Assembly: GCA_913044135.1 (NCBI GenBank)
Contig: CAJWOK010000004.1
Coordinates: forward strand, 1,135-65,134
Direction: 5' to 3'
Source: an uncultured Gammaproteobacteria bacterium
GTDB taxonomy: Bacteria; Pseudomonadota; Gammaproteobacteria; Pseudomonadales; Azotimanducaceae
DNA: 64,000 bases
Position 1 is the stretch's first letter; every line of letters starts with the position of its first letter. The notes under the pieces are model-generated. The model ran no database searches. It was given only the letters and a program-made list of their open reading frames with translations, and was not told the origin of the DNA. Both the position numbers and the translations under genes were made by a program. This document shows, piece by piece, positions 10,320-18,479 of this stretch.

Positions 10320-10329
10320 GCGTTAATCC

Positions 10330-11010
10330 TCAATCGGAGATTTTTGAAACAAGGCTAAGCGGAACGACTTCGCCATCAGTCGTTTCCAAGAGCGCTTCAC
10401 TGCTTAATTCGTCCCATGAAACGCCACGAATACGCGCTTCAGAAAAAACCGGCACGCCTTGGGCTCTACCGCCATTAAAGGCGTCAGCGCGGAAGGTATA
10501 GTTGCCAGGTTGCGTCGGCGCGCCGGTTGCGTCGCCACCATTCCAAACAAATGGCACTGAACCCGCCTCCTGATAGCCGAGCGCGATTTTATTTACGATC
10601 TCACCTGTATCAGCGTTGATTACGCTAAGCTCCACGCTCTCGGCACCAACGGGTAAGTCGATGTAACCTTCTATCGGCTGTCCACCAGCTTGTGCAAAAC
10701 TTTGCTGCGGGAGGAATACGCCCTTACCGATTAATGATGCACCCCGCATAATGGTTTCGCCGCGTTGATCATTTACGAAACGATCAAGTGAAGAGGCCAT
10801 CGACGTGGTCGCTTCCAATGACGAGAACTGGGCTAACTGCGCAATGAAATCCTCATTTTTAACGGGATCCAGCGGGTTCTGGTTTTGCAGCTGTGTGGTA
10901 AACAACTTTAGAAAAGCATGCTTGTCTAAAGGGTCCTCAGCCTGGCCCGCTTGAGCGGGATTAGCGATATCAGCGAACATTTTGACATTAGATACGTTAG
11001 CGTAATCCAT
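10330..11010 (-). CDS. flgD: Flagellar hook cap/assembly protein FlgD
   Basis: FLKLFTTQLQNQNPLDPVKNEDFIAQLAQFSSLE motif. Confidence 0.97.
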   Translation of the reverse strand: MDYANVSNVKMFADIANPAQAGQAEDPLDKHAFLKLFTTQLQNQNPLDPVKNEDFIAQLAQFSSLEATTSMASSLDRFVNDQRGETIMRGASLIGKGVFLPQQSFAQAGGQPIEGYIDLPVGAESVELSVINADTGEIVNKIALGYQEAGSVPFVWNGGDATGAPTQPGNYTFRADAFNGGRAQGVPVFSEARIRGVSWDELSSEALLETTDGEVVPLSLVSKISD

Positions 11011-11015
11011 AGTTA

Positions 11016-11441
11016 CTACTTCCTTAGAATCTCGAGGGTGCGCATAGACAGCTGTTTCGCTGTGTTCATTGCTTCGATGCTGCTCTCAAAAGAGCGGCTC
11101 GCTTGCGTGATTTCTACCATTTCTAGCATTGAGTCGACGTTGGATGGATAGACAAAACCGTTATCATCAGCGAGAGGATTTTCAGGCTGATAAGTAGCCG
11201 GCACGATCTTTTCGTCTTCATATTCAGAACCGATGCGCACGCCTCCTTCAGTTTCGCGGCGACGGTCATCAACCGTGTTTTGTAAGATGGTTTGAAACTC
11301 CACGCGCTTGGCCTTGTAGGCTTGCTCCTGGCTACCGGCCAGAACGTCTGCGTTAGCGATATTTTGCGCGGAAAGAGACAAGCGACGGGATTGTGCATCC
11401 ATCGCTCCGCCCGCAATTCCAATTATACTTTCTAGACTCAC
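11016..11441 (-). CDS. flgC: Flagellar proximal rod protein FlgC
   Basis: AMDAQSRRL..SAQNIANAD, YQPENPLADDNGFVYPSNVD..EMVE...ASRSFE; GTG start preceded by AAGGAG. Confidence 0.96.
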   Translation of the reverse strand: MSLESIIGIAGGAMDAQSRRLSLSAQNIANADVLAGSQEQAYKAKRVEFQTILQNTVDDRRRETEGGVRIGSEYEDEKIVPATYQPENPLADDNGFVYPSNVDSMLEMVEITQASRSFESSIEAMNTAKQLSMRTLEILRK

Positions 11442-11458
11442 AGGGTTATCTCCTTAAA

Positions 11459-14125
11459 TTAAGATCTAAGCAGCTCTAGGGCGAGCTGGTTTAATTGATT
11501 GGCCTGACTCAGCATTGAAGTGCCCGCTTGCTGCAACACTTGCGCTTTAGCTAAACGCGCGGATTCCAAGGCGAAGTCGGCGTCAGCAATCCGAGATCTA
11601 GCCGATTCGGTTTTTTCGGCAACGTTCATCAGGTTGAGGATTGAGTATTCCAACCGATTTTCTATAGCACCCAAATCGGCACGCGTTTGTGCAACGTGGT
11701 TTAGCGCCGCATCAGCGGTAGCTATAGCTGCAGTGGCACCCGCAATAGTCGAAATGTTTAAGGATGAAACAGTGTTCAAACTAGAACTTTCATCCTGGAA
11801 ATAACTTACTTTGCGAGCACCGAGGACGGAATTATTGGCGTCGAGATCCAGGGCAACGCCTGCGGCCGATTGGAGCGTAAAGCCTCCTAACGAAGCCGCT
11901 CCGGTTAAGCGAAGCTGTTCACCTCGAGCACCGGTGATCGTATTGTCAGCATCAAGAGCTACCTCGACACCGGCTGCGGTTGCAAAAGTAAAATCGCCTA
12001 ACCCGGCAGAACCTACCAACCGAAGTTGCTCGACGTCGGCGCCACCGACAGCGCTAGCGGTAAGCAGCCCAGTTAGGTCGGTTGCGTCAATCGCAGCCTG
12101 AAACGCTGCAGCGGTTGGTTCTGCTGGCGTGATCGTGTACTCCTCACCGCCGGCATTAATGACATATGAGGCATCGGTTAAATCCGCGAGAGCATCGGTA
12201 GTGGTCGAAACGCCGACGATGTCAGCGCCACTCACCGCGCCATCAGTGGAATTGTCCGCGGTGATTGCGATGGCGAGACCATCGGCGTCCTGTAAAACAA
12301 TATCGCCAAGAGTATCAACACCCGTCAGCTGCAATTTACCGCCGACATCAGCGGCAGTGATGCTGCCATTCAGATCAGTCGCATCGATAGCCGCTTGAAA
12401 GCCCTCTACGGTTGCTGCTCCAGGAGCGATAGCCGTTGCAACACCATCAACCATGATGTTGTAAGCGCCTGCGTTTAGATTCGCTAAATCTTCAGCCGTC
12501 TCCTTAACGGCAGCGGTGTCTGTAGCGGCACTCGTGCCGACTGCACTCGCCGTTACTAATCCCTTGAGGGCGGTCGCATCGATTGCTGTTTGAAAGGACT
12601 CGACTGTGGCCGCCGCCGGCGTTATCGCGTAGTCCACGCCATTAGACTGGATAATATAAGAACCGGCGGTCAGCGAAGATAATGTATCGTCGGTAGTAGC
12701 AACGGTCGCAATGTCCGTGCTCTTGACCTCGCCATCCGTTGAATCGGCGGCGCTCATGAAAATTGCCAACCCATTGGCATCCTGCAAAGTGAAGTCACCC
12801 AGCGTCTCAGAACCAGTCAGCTGTAGCTGCCCACCGAAGTCAGCAACCGTGATGTCTCCGGCGAGATTCGTGGCATCAATCGCGGCCTGGAAACCTGCAA
12901 CGGTAGCGGCAGCAGGGGTGATCTCAGTCGCCACCCCGTTGACCATAATGTTGTAGGTCGCATCTGTTAGGGTGGTAAACGCCGCATCAGTAATCTTGAT
13001 CGCAGCAGTATTATCACCGTCGTTTGCTTGCGTAATATCAAAGGTTTCGACGGAGTCTGCTCGGATTGATCCCGAGATAATGACGGCGTCATTGCCACCG
13101 CTGGACATCATCCGCACTGCAGAACCGATTTCTGTCGCGCCGAGGAAATCCAGTTTCTGAACCGTTAAATCCGATCCGGTCGATAAATTTTCAATCGTGA
13201 TGTCTTCTCCATCTCCATTGAAAAGCAGAATTTCATCGTTACTTGTTGATGACGCGGTAACGCCGCTTGCGCCCGACACAGCATTGATTGCGCGGACCGC
13301 ATCTGCTGTGGATGTGGAGGAAATACTAAAGTTGCCGGTAGAGGTGCCATTAATGTTCAGGCTATAAGTACCGGCGGTTCCATCCAGAGAAGCCAACTTT
13401 GCGTATGTGTGTGCAGCAGCTGTCACATCAGTTTGATTCGAAAATTGATTAATACGCGCGGCTGTATCCCTTGCACTGTCGGAGGCCAGCGCGTTGATTG
13501 TCACCGTTCCCAAACGTCCGCTCACAGTAAAATCTTCGGCCGCCGTCAGTTCGTTTGCCGGAGCAGTGGTTGCCGCGAGCTGTGCCGAAGGACCGTTGCC
13601 ATAAACGGTGTTTACCCCGGTATCGTCTATCGCGATGGATCGTACGCTCAACACGATCTCTTCCGACTGATACATGCCCAGCTTAATGGCTTTGTTAGTA
13701 AACGAGCCGTCGAGCACTTTTTCGCCGTTATAGTTAGACGTTTGCGAAATGCGGTTAATTTCTGAAACCAGCTGATTTACTTCCTCTTGGATATAAGAGC
13801 GGTCTTTTGCAGAGTAAGTTGCATTTGCGGCCTGAATCGCCAATTCGCGAATGCGTTGCAGCATGTCAGAAACCTGATCAAGAGATCCTTCAATGGCTTG
13901 AGTCAAAGCCATCCCGTCGCCAGCGTTTCTTACAGCCATATTTAGACCGGCTACTTCCGCAGACATGCGCTTTGATACCGCCATACCAGCGGCATCATCG
14001 GCTGAAGAGTTAAGTTTAGAACCTGACGCCAAGCGCTCCATAGCTAGGCCCACCTCGTCACTGGACTTCGCTAGCGCACGCTGAGCGCTCAATGAGGCGA
14101 TGTTTGTGTTAATTACGATAGACAT
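11459..14125 (-). CDS. fliC: Flagellin, 888 aa, with a large repeat-rich central region
   Basis: N-terminal INTNIASLSAQRAL...ERLASGSKLNSSADDAAG...LQRIRELAIQAAN; C-terminal RADLGAIENRL...SARSRIADADFALESARLAKAQVLQQAG. Confidence 0.97.
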   Translation of the reverse strand: MSIVINTNIASLSAQRALAKSSDEVGLAMERLASGSKLNSSADDAAGMAVSKRMSAEVAGLNMAVRNAGDGMALTQAIEGSLDQVSDMLQRIRELAIQAANATYSAKDRSYIQEEVNQLVSEINRISQTSNYNGEKVLDGSFTNKAIKLGMYQSEEIVLSVRSIAIDDTGVNTVYGNGPSAQLAATTAPANELTAAEDFTVSGRLGTVTINALASDSARDTAARINQFSNQTDVTAAAHTYAKLASLDGTAGTYSLNINGTSTGNFSISSTSTADAVRAINAVSGASGVTASSTSNDEILLFNGDGEDITIENLSTGSDLTVQKLDFLGATEIGSAVRMMSSGGNDAVIISGSIRADSVETFDITQANDGDNTAAIKITDAAFTTLTDATYNIMVNGVATEITPAAATVAGFQAAIDATNLAGDITVADFGGQLQLTGSETLGDFTLQDANGLAIFMSAADSTDGEVKSTDIATVATTDDTLSSLTAGSYIIQSNGVDYAITPAAATVESFQTAIDATALKGLVTASAVGTSAATDTAAVKETAEDLANLNAGAYNIMVDGVATAIAPGAATVEGFQAAIDATDLNGSITAADVGGKLQLTGVDTLGDIVLQDADGLAIAITADNSTDGAVSGADIVGVSTTTDALADLTDASYVINAGGEEYTITPAEPTAAAFQAAIDATDLTGLLTASAVGGADVEQLRLVGSAGLGDFTFATAAGVEVALDADNTITGARGEQLRLTGAASLGGFTLQSAAGVALDLDANNSVLGARKVSYFQDESSSLNTVSSLNISTIAGATAAIATADAALNHVAQTRADLGAIENRLEYSILNLMNVAEKTESARSRIADADFALESARLAKAQVLQQAGTSMLSQANQLNQLALELLRS

Positions 14126-14157
14126 AGGATTCCTCTGCTTGTTTCAGCAATATTCTT

Positions 14158-14538
14158 TTATTCACCTCGGAGGGAACGACGGATGCCACCCACTCGATTC
14201 TCTAAAAATTGCAATGTCGCCGAATAACGCGTTGCTTCTTTACCGAATTGGGCTTGCTCATAGTTAACCTCTACAGAATTGTCGTTTTGCATTGGATTAA
14301 TCGGCACGCGGTAAACCAAATTTGCTTTCCGCTTGGCAGTGGCATCCATGTGGAGTGGACTCGTTCGCTGCATATCGGATGACGTTTGCTCTGCCATGAT
14401 TTTCTTAAAATCCATGTCCTGGGCTTTGTAGCCTTTGACATCTGAATTCGCGATATTTGACGAGATCATCGACAGTCGTTTGCTGCGCAAATCCAAAGCC
14501 TGTTCTGTTGGACCGAAAATATTGTTGTAGATTTGCAT
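14158..14538 (-). CDS. flgB: Flagellar proximal rod protein FlgB
   Basis: ALDLRSKRLSMISSNIANSDVKGYKAQDMDF, NDNSVEVNYEQAQF...RYSATLQFL. Confidence 0.96.
   Translation of the reverse strand: MQIYNNIFGPTEQALDLRSKRLSMISSNIANSDVKGYKAQDMDFKKIMAEQTSSDMQRTSPLHMDATAKRKANLVYRVPINPMQNDNSVEVNYEQAQFGKEATRYSATLQFLENRVGGIRRSLRGE
14298..14324 (-). promoter_or_regulatory. Candidate sigma28 (FliA) promoter inside flgB, oriented toward flagellin
   Basis: Minus strand reads CAAA-N15-GCCGATTA; the consensus is TAAA-N15-GCCGATAA. About 170 bp upstream of the fliC ATG. Confidence 0.55.
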
Positions 14539-14572
14539 CGCCTCGCCTCGTTAATCCTTATCTAAAAAGTCC

Positions 14573-14599
14573 TAAAGTTTTTGATCTACTTGCCGATCT
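14573..14599 (+). promoter_or_regulatory. Candidate sigma28 promoter in the flgB-flgA spacer (antisense to flgB leader, sense toward flgA)
   Basis: TAAAGTTT start, TAAA-N15-GCCGATCT; shares CCTAAAGTT with the flgM promoter. Confidence 0.6.
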
Positions 14600-14632
14600 C
14601 TCTGTTGTAGAGCGTTCCGGCCCAGCCGATAC

Positions 14633-14648
14633 AGCAAAGAGCGTGCCA
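14633..14648 (-). promoter_or_regulatory. sigma54 -24/-12 promoter of the flgB operon
   Basis: Minus strand TGGCAC-GCTCT-TTGCT matches TGGCAC-N5-TTGC exactly; about 95 bp upstream of flgB. Confidence 0.85.
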
Positions 14649-14743
14649 GCTATTAAAGCGTCAGCTAAACGTTTGTTGCTTTTCAATTTTTTCATAAAAA
14701 TCATCAAGTTATATTTTGTTACTTTTTGGGCTGATGGATTTAC

Positions 14744-14780
14744 CGGCAAATCAACACCGATCCGGCAACACTGCTTGCCG
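14744..14780. promoter_or_regulatory. Cluster of three CGGCAA motifs, a candidate FlrC/FleR-type enhancer
   Basis: CGGCAA at 14744 and 14763, TTGCCG at 14775, about 100-130 bp upstream of the flgB sigma54 promoter. CGGCAA repeats are the reported Vibrio cholerae FlrC binding element. Confidence 0.4.
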
Positions 14781-14790
14781 CCTTGATATC

Positions 14791-14806
14791 CGTCAAAATA
14801 TTGACG
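14791..14806. promoter_or_regulatory. FleQ/FlrA-type enhancer box
   Basis: Near-palindrome cGTCAAAATATTGACg fits the Pseudomonas FleQ box (GTCA-A/T-rich-TGAC) and lies between two divergent sigma54 promoters. Confidence 0.65.
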
Positions 14807-15085
14807 ATCGCGAAAGATTTTCGACAAAGACTGCTGATTTCTGACATAGCTTATCCCTCTTTATTACTAGGCATTAGAACGATAAAGCCGATGTAAACCG
14901 CGGCCATGCCTGCTTCGAGTGCCCCCCGAATATCGACACGACACACAGATCCATCCATGCCACAGTGCCGTCCAGGCAAACACTGCAGATTTCGCGCCAA
15001 AAGACATCCCAAGCGATTGGGCGCCGATAAATCAGGTGTATAACAGAGAGGTCTTTAAGCCCGCTGGCCGGTATATGTCGAGAAT

Positions 15086-15101
15086 TGGCAGAGTCCTTGC
15101 A
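15086..15101 (+). promoter_or_regulatory. sigma54 -24/-12 promoter of flgA
   Basis: TGGCAG-AGTCC-TTGCA upstream of flgA. Confidence 0.75.
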
Positions 15102-15243
15102 AAGTTACTTGAAAGAAATTAGGAAGAGGCGAAAGGCAGCGAAGCAACAGAACGCCTTGTAAAAAGCACCCTAAGAGCGCTACGTTTTCGGCGGCGGCTT
15201 TAATCCCGCTCGGCCCCACTGAGTGCATCGAACCGAGACTCGT

Positions 15244-16215
15244 ATGATAGAAATTACAAAAGACGCAGAGCCCGTTGTTAAAGGTGCCATCGCAAGGCTG
15301 ATTGAAATTGCTCGCGCCTGTATCTGGGCGTGGGTCTGCGTCTGTGCAACGGTACTGGCGCTGAGCTCAGCTTTCGCCAACTCGACGACACCACCCGGAT
15401 CATCCGAAAAAGCAGCGCTTGAGGGACAGATGACCGCCTGGCTAGAACAGCAAGGACTACCAAAAGCGTCGAAGCCTAATCTCAATGACCGCAGATTAAT
15501 CGTCCCTAACTGTTCGAAACCATTTAAGTTTTCTCGGTCCGGGCCGACTTCTCGTTTGATTGAAGTCACCTGCACCGCTCCTATATGGCAAAGGTGGCTG
15601 AAACTTGCTTCGGTACAAACACGATCCACTGCGGCCAGCACTGCTGCAACCTGGGTAACCTTTGCGGACTTAGCCGCCGGTGCGCAGCTAACTGCAGAAA
15701 ATGTGCGGCGGGTACAGCGACCGACTCGACAAATTCCTCGTAACGCACTTAGAGGCATTGATACGGTCGATGGATACTTTGTCATGAAGCCCGTAACGGC
15801 TGGAGATGTGTTGCTGACTGAAGACATCGGCAAGATGCAGAGGGTAGTAATCGTAACCAGGACTCTGCCCACAGGTGCTCCTCTAACAAGAGATTCGGTA
15901 ATCCTTGAGTCACGCCTTTTAGATGTACCGAAGGACGCGCTCAAAACGCTCGAAGGTTTGAATTTATTTACTACTAATCGCACCGTCGAAGGTGGAAGCG
16001 TATTAACCAAACGATTGTTGACGAGAGCAAAACTGATAAGACGCGGCGACTCTGTATTGGTTTCCGCGGACGGCTCCGGCTACGCGATCCAATCACAAGC
16101 AACAGCGCTGGAAGATGGTTATTTGGGCGAACGCATCAAAGTGCGTAGCAACGACAGCGGTAAGGATTTATTCGTAAAGATTACTGGTGAATCCAAAGCG
16201 GTGACCATAAAATGA
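15244..16215 (+). CDS. flgA: Flagellar P-ring chaperone FlgA with two SAF-like repeats
   Basis: Signal-peptide-like segment; C-terminal LIRRGDSVLVSA...IQSQATALEDGYLGERIKVRSNDSGK; divergent from flgB and upstream of flgM. Start uncertain (15223 GTG or 15244 ATG). Confidence 0.9.
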   Translation: MIEITKDAEPVVKGAIARLIEIARACIWAWVCVCATVLALSSAFANSTTPPGSSEKAALEGQMTAWLEQQGLPKASKPNLNDRRLIVPNCSKPFKFSRSGPTSRLIEVTCTAPIWQRWLKLASVQTRSTAASTAATWVTFADLAAGAQLTAENVRRVQRPTRQIPRNALRGIDTVDGYFVMKPVTAGDVLLTEDIGKMQRVVIVTRTLPTGAPLTRDSVILESRLLDVPKDALKTLEGLNLFTTNRTVEGGSVLTKRLLTRAKLIRRGDSVLVSADGSGYAIQSQATALEDGYLGERIKVRSNDSGKDLFVKITGESKAVTIK

Positions 16216-16233
16216 AAAAAACTAGAAAATACC

Positions 16234-16260
16234 TAAAGTTGCACTGTTCCTTACCGATTT
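16234..16260 (+). promoter_or_regulatory. sigma28 promoter of flgM-flgN
   Basis: TAAA-N15-ACCGATTT immediately upstream of flgM, the canonical location. Confidence 0.75.
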
Positions 16261-16313
16261 AACGTTCGAATAAACTATTTGTGTCTAAGAGTTAGAGACA
16301 TTTGAGATTAATC

Positions 16314-16610
16314 ATGGAAATCACAAAACAAACAGTTAATAACGCACAGCCCAAAGTTGACGCAGCCAGTGCCGCCAAAAAGACCGCAGAGGTGGAACCC
16401 CGAGATTCTGCGCGAGTAGAAAATAATAAAACTGAAGCGCATAAGAGTGTCGAGGTTGAATTAAGCGAAGCCGTTAAGTCTGCTGAGTCAAATGCAATTA
16501 TGGACGCCGCTCGAGTTCAAGAAATCCGTGCTGCTGTTGAAGCAGGTCGCTTCCCGCTCGACGCCAAGAAAATAGCTGAGAATTTTGCTGAACTTGAAAA
16601 GCTACTTTAG
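16314..16610 (+). CDS. flgM: Anti-sigma28 factor FlgM
   Basis: VELS...MDAARVQEIRAAVEAGRFPLDAKKIAENF; follows flgA. ATG at 16314 preferred. Confidence 0.9.
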   Translation: MEITKQTVNNAQPKVDAASAAKKTAEVEPRDSARVENNKTEAHKSVEVELSEAVKSAESNAIMDAARVQEIRAAVEAGRFPLDAKKIAENFAELEKLL

Positions 16611-16630
16611 CCGCTTCAGAAGGCTAAGCG

Positions 16631-17005
16631 TTGATTAAAGAACACTTATCGCGCCTTGACCAACAAGTCGAGGCGCTTTCGCTCGTGCTCGAAAAAGAAT
16701 TTACGGCACTCTCAAACCGCGACTTTGATACTTTAGAAGCCCTGCAAACGGAGAAAGTCGCGCTGCTCAGTGACATTGAATCGCTGATGTCAGCTGCCTT
16801 CCAGGAAGCAAATTCTGATCAAGCAGGCGCTCTGGATACGATAAGCAGCCGCCTCGAGGCGTGCAAGGAAGCTCATATACGCAACGACCTGGTCTTAAAA
16901 CGCCAGGTCGAAGTGACGCAAAATATTTTAACGACTTTGGTAGGCCAATCGTCGTCTTCCACCAACGTCTATACCAAGCTAGGCCGAATCAAACCGAACC
17001 GTTAA
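16631..17005 (+). CDS. flgN: Flagellar export chaperone FlgN
   Basis: LEKEFTALSNRDFDTLEALQTEK...CKEAHIRNDLVL...YTKLG; follows flgM. Confidence 0.85.
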   Translation: MIKEHLSRLDQQVEALSLVLEKEFTALSNRDFDTLEALQTEKVALLSDIESLMSAAFQEANSDQAGALDTISSRLEACKEAHIRNDLVLKRQVEVTQNILTTLVGQSSSSTNVYTKLGRIKPNR

Positions 17006-17320
17006 TTAGCTTGATGAATCCGGCTGCCGACCCTGCAGCCAGTAAACCCACGATAAGACTGTCGCCACTGACACATAAACTTCTTCCGGTATCTCTTCTT
17101 CCAGCTGAAGATAAGATAGCGTTTCTGCCAATACTGGGTCTTCCGCGATAGGAATATTGTGCTCTTTTGCAATGCGAATGATTTCCAGCGCGAGCTCGCC
17201 TTCTCCCTTCGCTTTGAGAATGGGCGCTCGGACCTTGTCATAAAGCAACGCGACCGCTTTTTTGCCAGCCTGACCCGCTGCTGGGTCAGTAGATTCTGCC
17301 GGACTACTCTGCTTATACAT
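17006..17320 (-). CDS. Stand-alone FlhB C-terminal-like (EscU/YscU/HrcU family, FlhX-type) protein
   Basis: KKAVALLYD...APILKAKGEG.LA.EI...AKEHNIPIAEDP.LAE.L..L.LEEEIPEEVY..VA.VL. The ATG at 17320 overlaps the upstream stop (ATGTATAA). Confidence 0.85.
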   Translation of the reverse strand: MYKQSSPAESTDPAAGQAGKKAVALLYDKVRAPILKAKGEGELALEIIRIAKEHNIPIAEDPVLAETLSYLQLEEEIPEEVYVSVATVLSWVYWLQGRQPDSSS

Positions 17321-18473
17321 CGATGGAAATTCCTTCGCTGGCTTGGCTGACAGATGCCTCGTTGCTCTGTTTCGCTCGCGCGAATGCGACAAAAGAGCCA
17401 AGCGTCACGCCGGCGTTGGCCAACATTTTGCGCAAATGAGGTTCTCCCTCTCTCGCGACCTGACAAACACCCGCATCGGGAACCCAAAGCCGTACCGCTA
17501 GCCCAGAATCCTGATAGCGCACATTCGCTGAAAGCTCTACCGATTGACTCTCTGCAGACTGATTTTCTGCGGATAGGGTTTCGACCGCCTTCTTTTTCGG
17601 CATATGCCCGTCTACGAGCTTCCAGGGAATAGTTAGGTCCACTTGCCAAGTTGTTTGGCCGGGACTATCCGGTTGATCTTCGGCACTGGCCTTTTCCTTA
17701 GTCAGTGTGATTAACACCGGATTTTGATCTGCAAAGATTAACGTCCAATGCAGCGACACGGAGCGTTGTGTCGCATGCGCTAGCGTTTCAAGTTGCAGTC
17801 CCGTCAGTTCATCTATTGCACCCCCCAGGGTACTGACATCCGCGCCTCGGGCGAGCAGGACACGACGGATCTCCATCAGCGCGGCCTTGATCCCCAGCTG
17901 GGACTGCGGGATACCCGCCTTTATTTGTTGTTCTGTGAACAAACCGCTTTGCAGAATGGCACGCTGGATGCTCGCGCCGTCTAAACGCAGACTAGTTAGA
18001 AGGTGATTATTGAGTTGCGCCAGCGCTGGCTCATTGCTCGCCTTACCAAGCAGACTCTCTAGAAAGCCACCAGTAAAAAGACGGGAGAGATGACCCGTGT
18101 TGGCTGCGCTGCTTTGCAGACGTTGCAGTTTAGCGAGGGGGCCGCTGACGTCCGGTCTGTCCCGCAAAGCGATTGAGCCATCCTTGCCGCCCTCTTTAAT
18201 TTGACGTAGCACCGCTTGGCCGCCAACCATCAACATTTGCAGCGACATTCGTTGTCCGTCTTGGCCCATTCCCTGGGGTAGCAAAACCCCTCTATTGCCG
18301 AAATTAAGGACGTTGCCATCTGCTTTTTGAGTAACGACACCGTGGATGATTTGACCAGGCTGCAGCCCGAGCAATCGGGCTTGCTCTGGCGCTAAGCGTA
18401 GAGAGGGGCCAGCCCCTTCAACATAGACAATGTTTGGTCGGGACTGGGTGCCAATTGACTCGGTGCTATACAC
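17313..18473 (-). CDS. FliK-like (hook-length control family) protein
   Basis: IQRAILQSGLFTE...IKAAL pattern; C-terminal WQVDL...L.V.LW...LRKMLANAGVTL FliK-C-like segment; coupled to the FlhB-C-like gene, a known pairing. Confidence 0.6.
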   Translation of the reverse strand: MYSTESIGTQSRPNIVYVEGAGPSLRLAPEQARLLGLQPGQIIHGVVTQKADGNVLNFGNRGVLLPQGMGQDGQRMSLQMLMVGGQAVLRQIKEGGKDGSIALRDRPDVSGPLAKLQRLQSSAANTGHLSRLFTGGFLESLLGKASNEPALAQLNNHLLTSLRLDGASIQRAILQSGLFTEQQIKAGIPQSQLGIKAALMEIRRVLLARGADVSTLGGAIDELTGLQLETLAHATQRSVSLHWTLIFADQNPVLITLTKEKASAEDQPDSPGQTTWQVDLTIPWKLVDGHMPKKKAVETLSAENQSAESQSVELSANVRYQDSGLAVRLWVPDAGVCQVAREGEPHLRKMLANAGVTLGSFVAFARAKQSNEASVSQASEGISIDV

Positions 18474-18479
18474 TGCGTC

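Noticed and set aside
15023-15030. Perfect sigma28 -10 (GCCGATAA) in the flgB-flgA spacer
   Set aside because: No TAAA/TCAA at the required 15-bp spacing. The same applies to GCCGATGT at 14887.
15180-16010. 276-aa minus-strand ORF
   Set aside because: Entirely antisense to flgA, with no recognisable motif or RBS; a shadow ORF.
17002-17649. 215-aa ORF overlapping the FliK-like and FlhB-C-like genes (possible frameshift fusion)
   Set aside because: Arg/Ser-rich off-frame composition. The two real genes already overlap via ATGTATAA, and I saw no slippery site.
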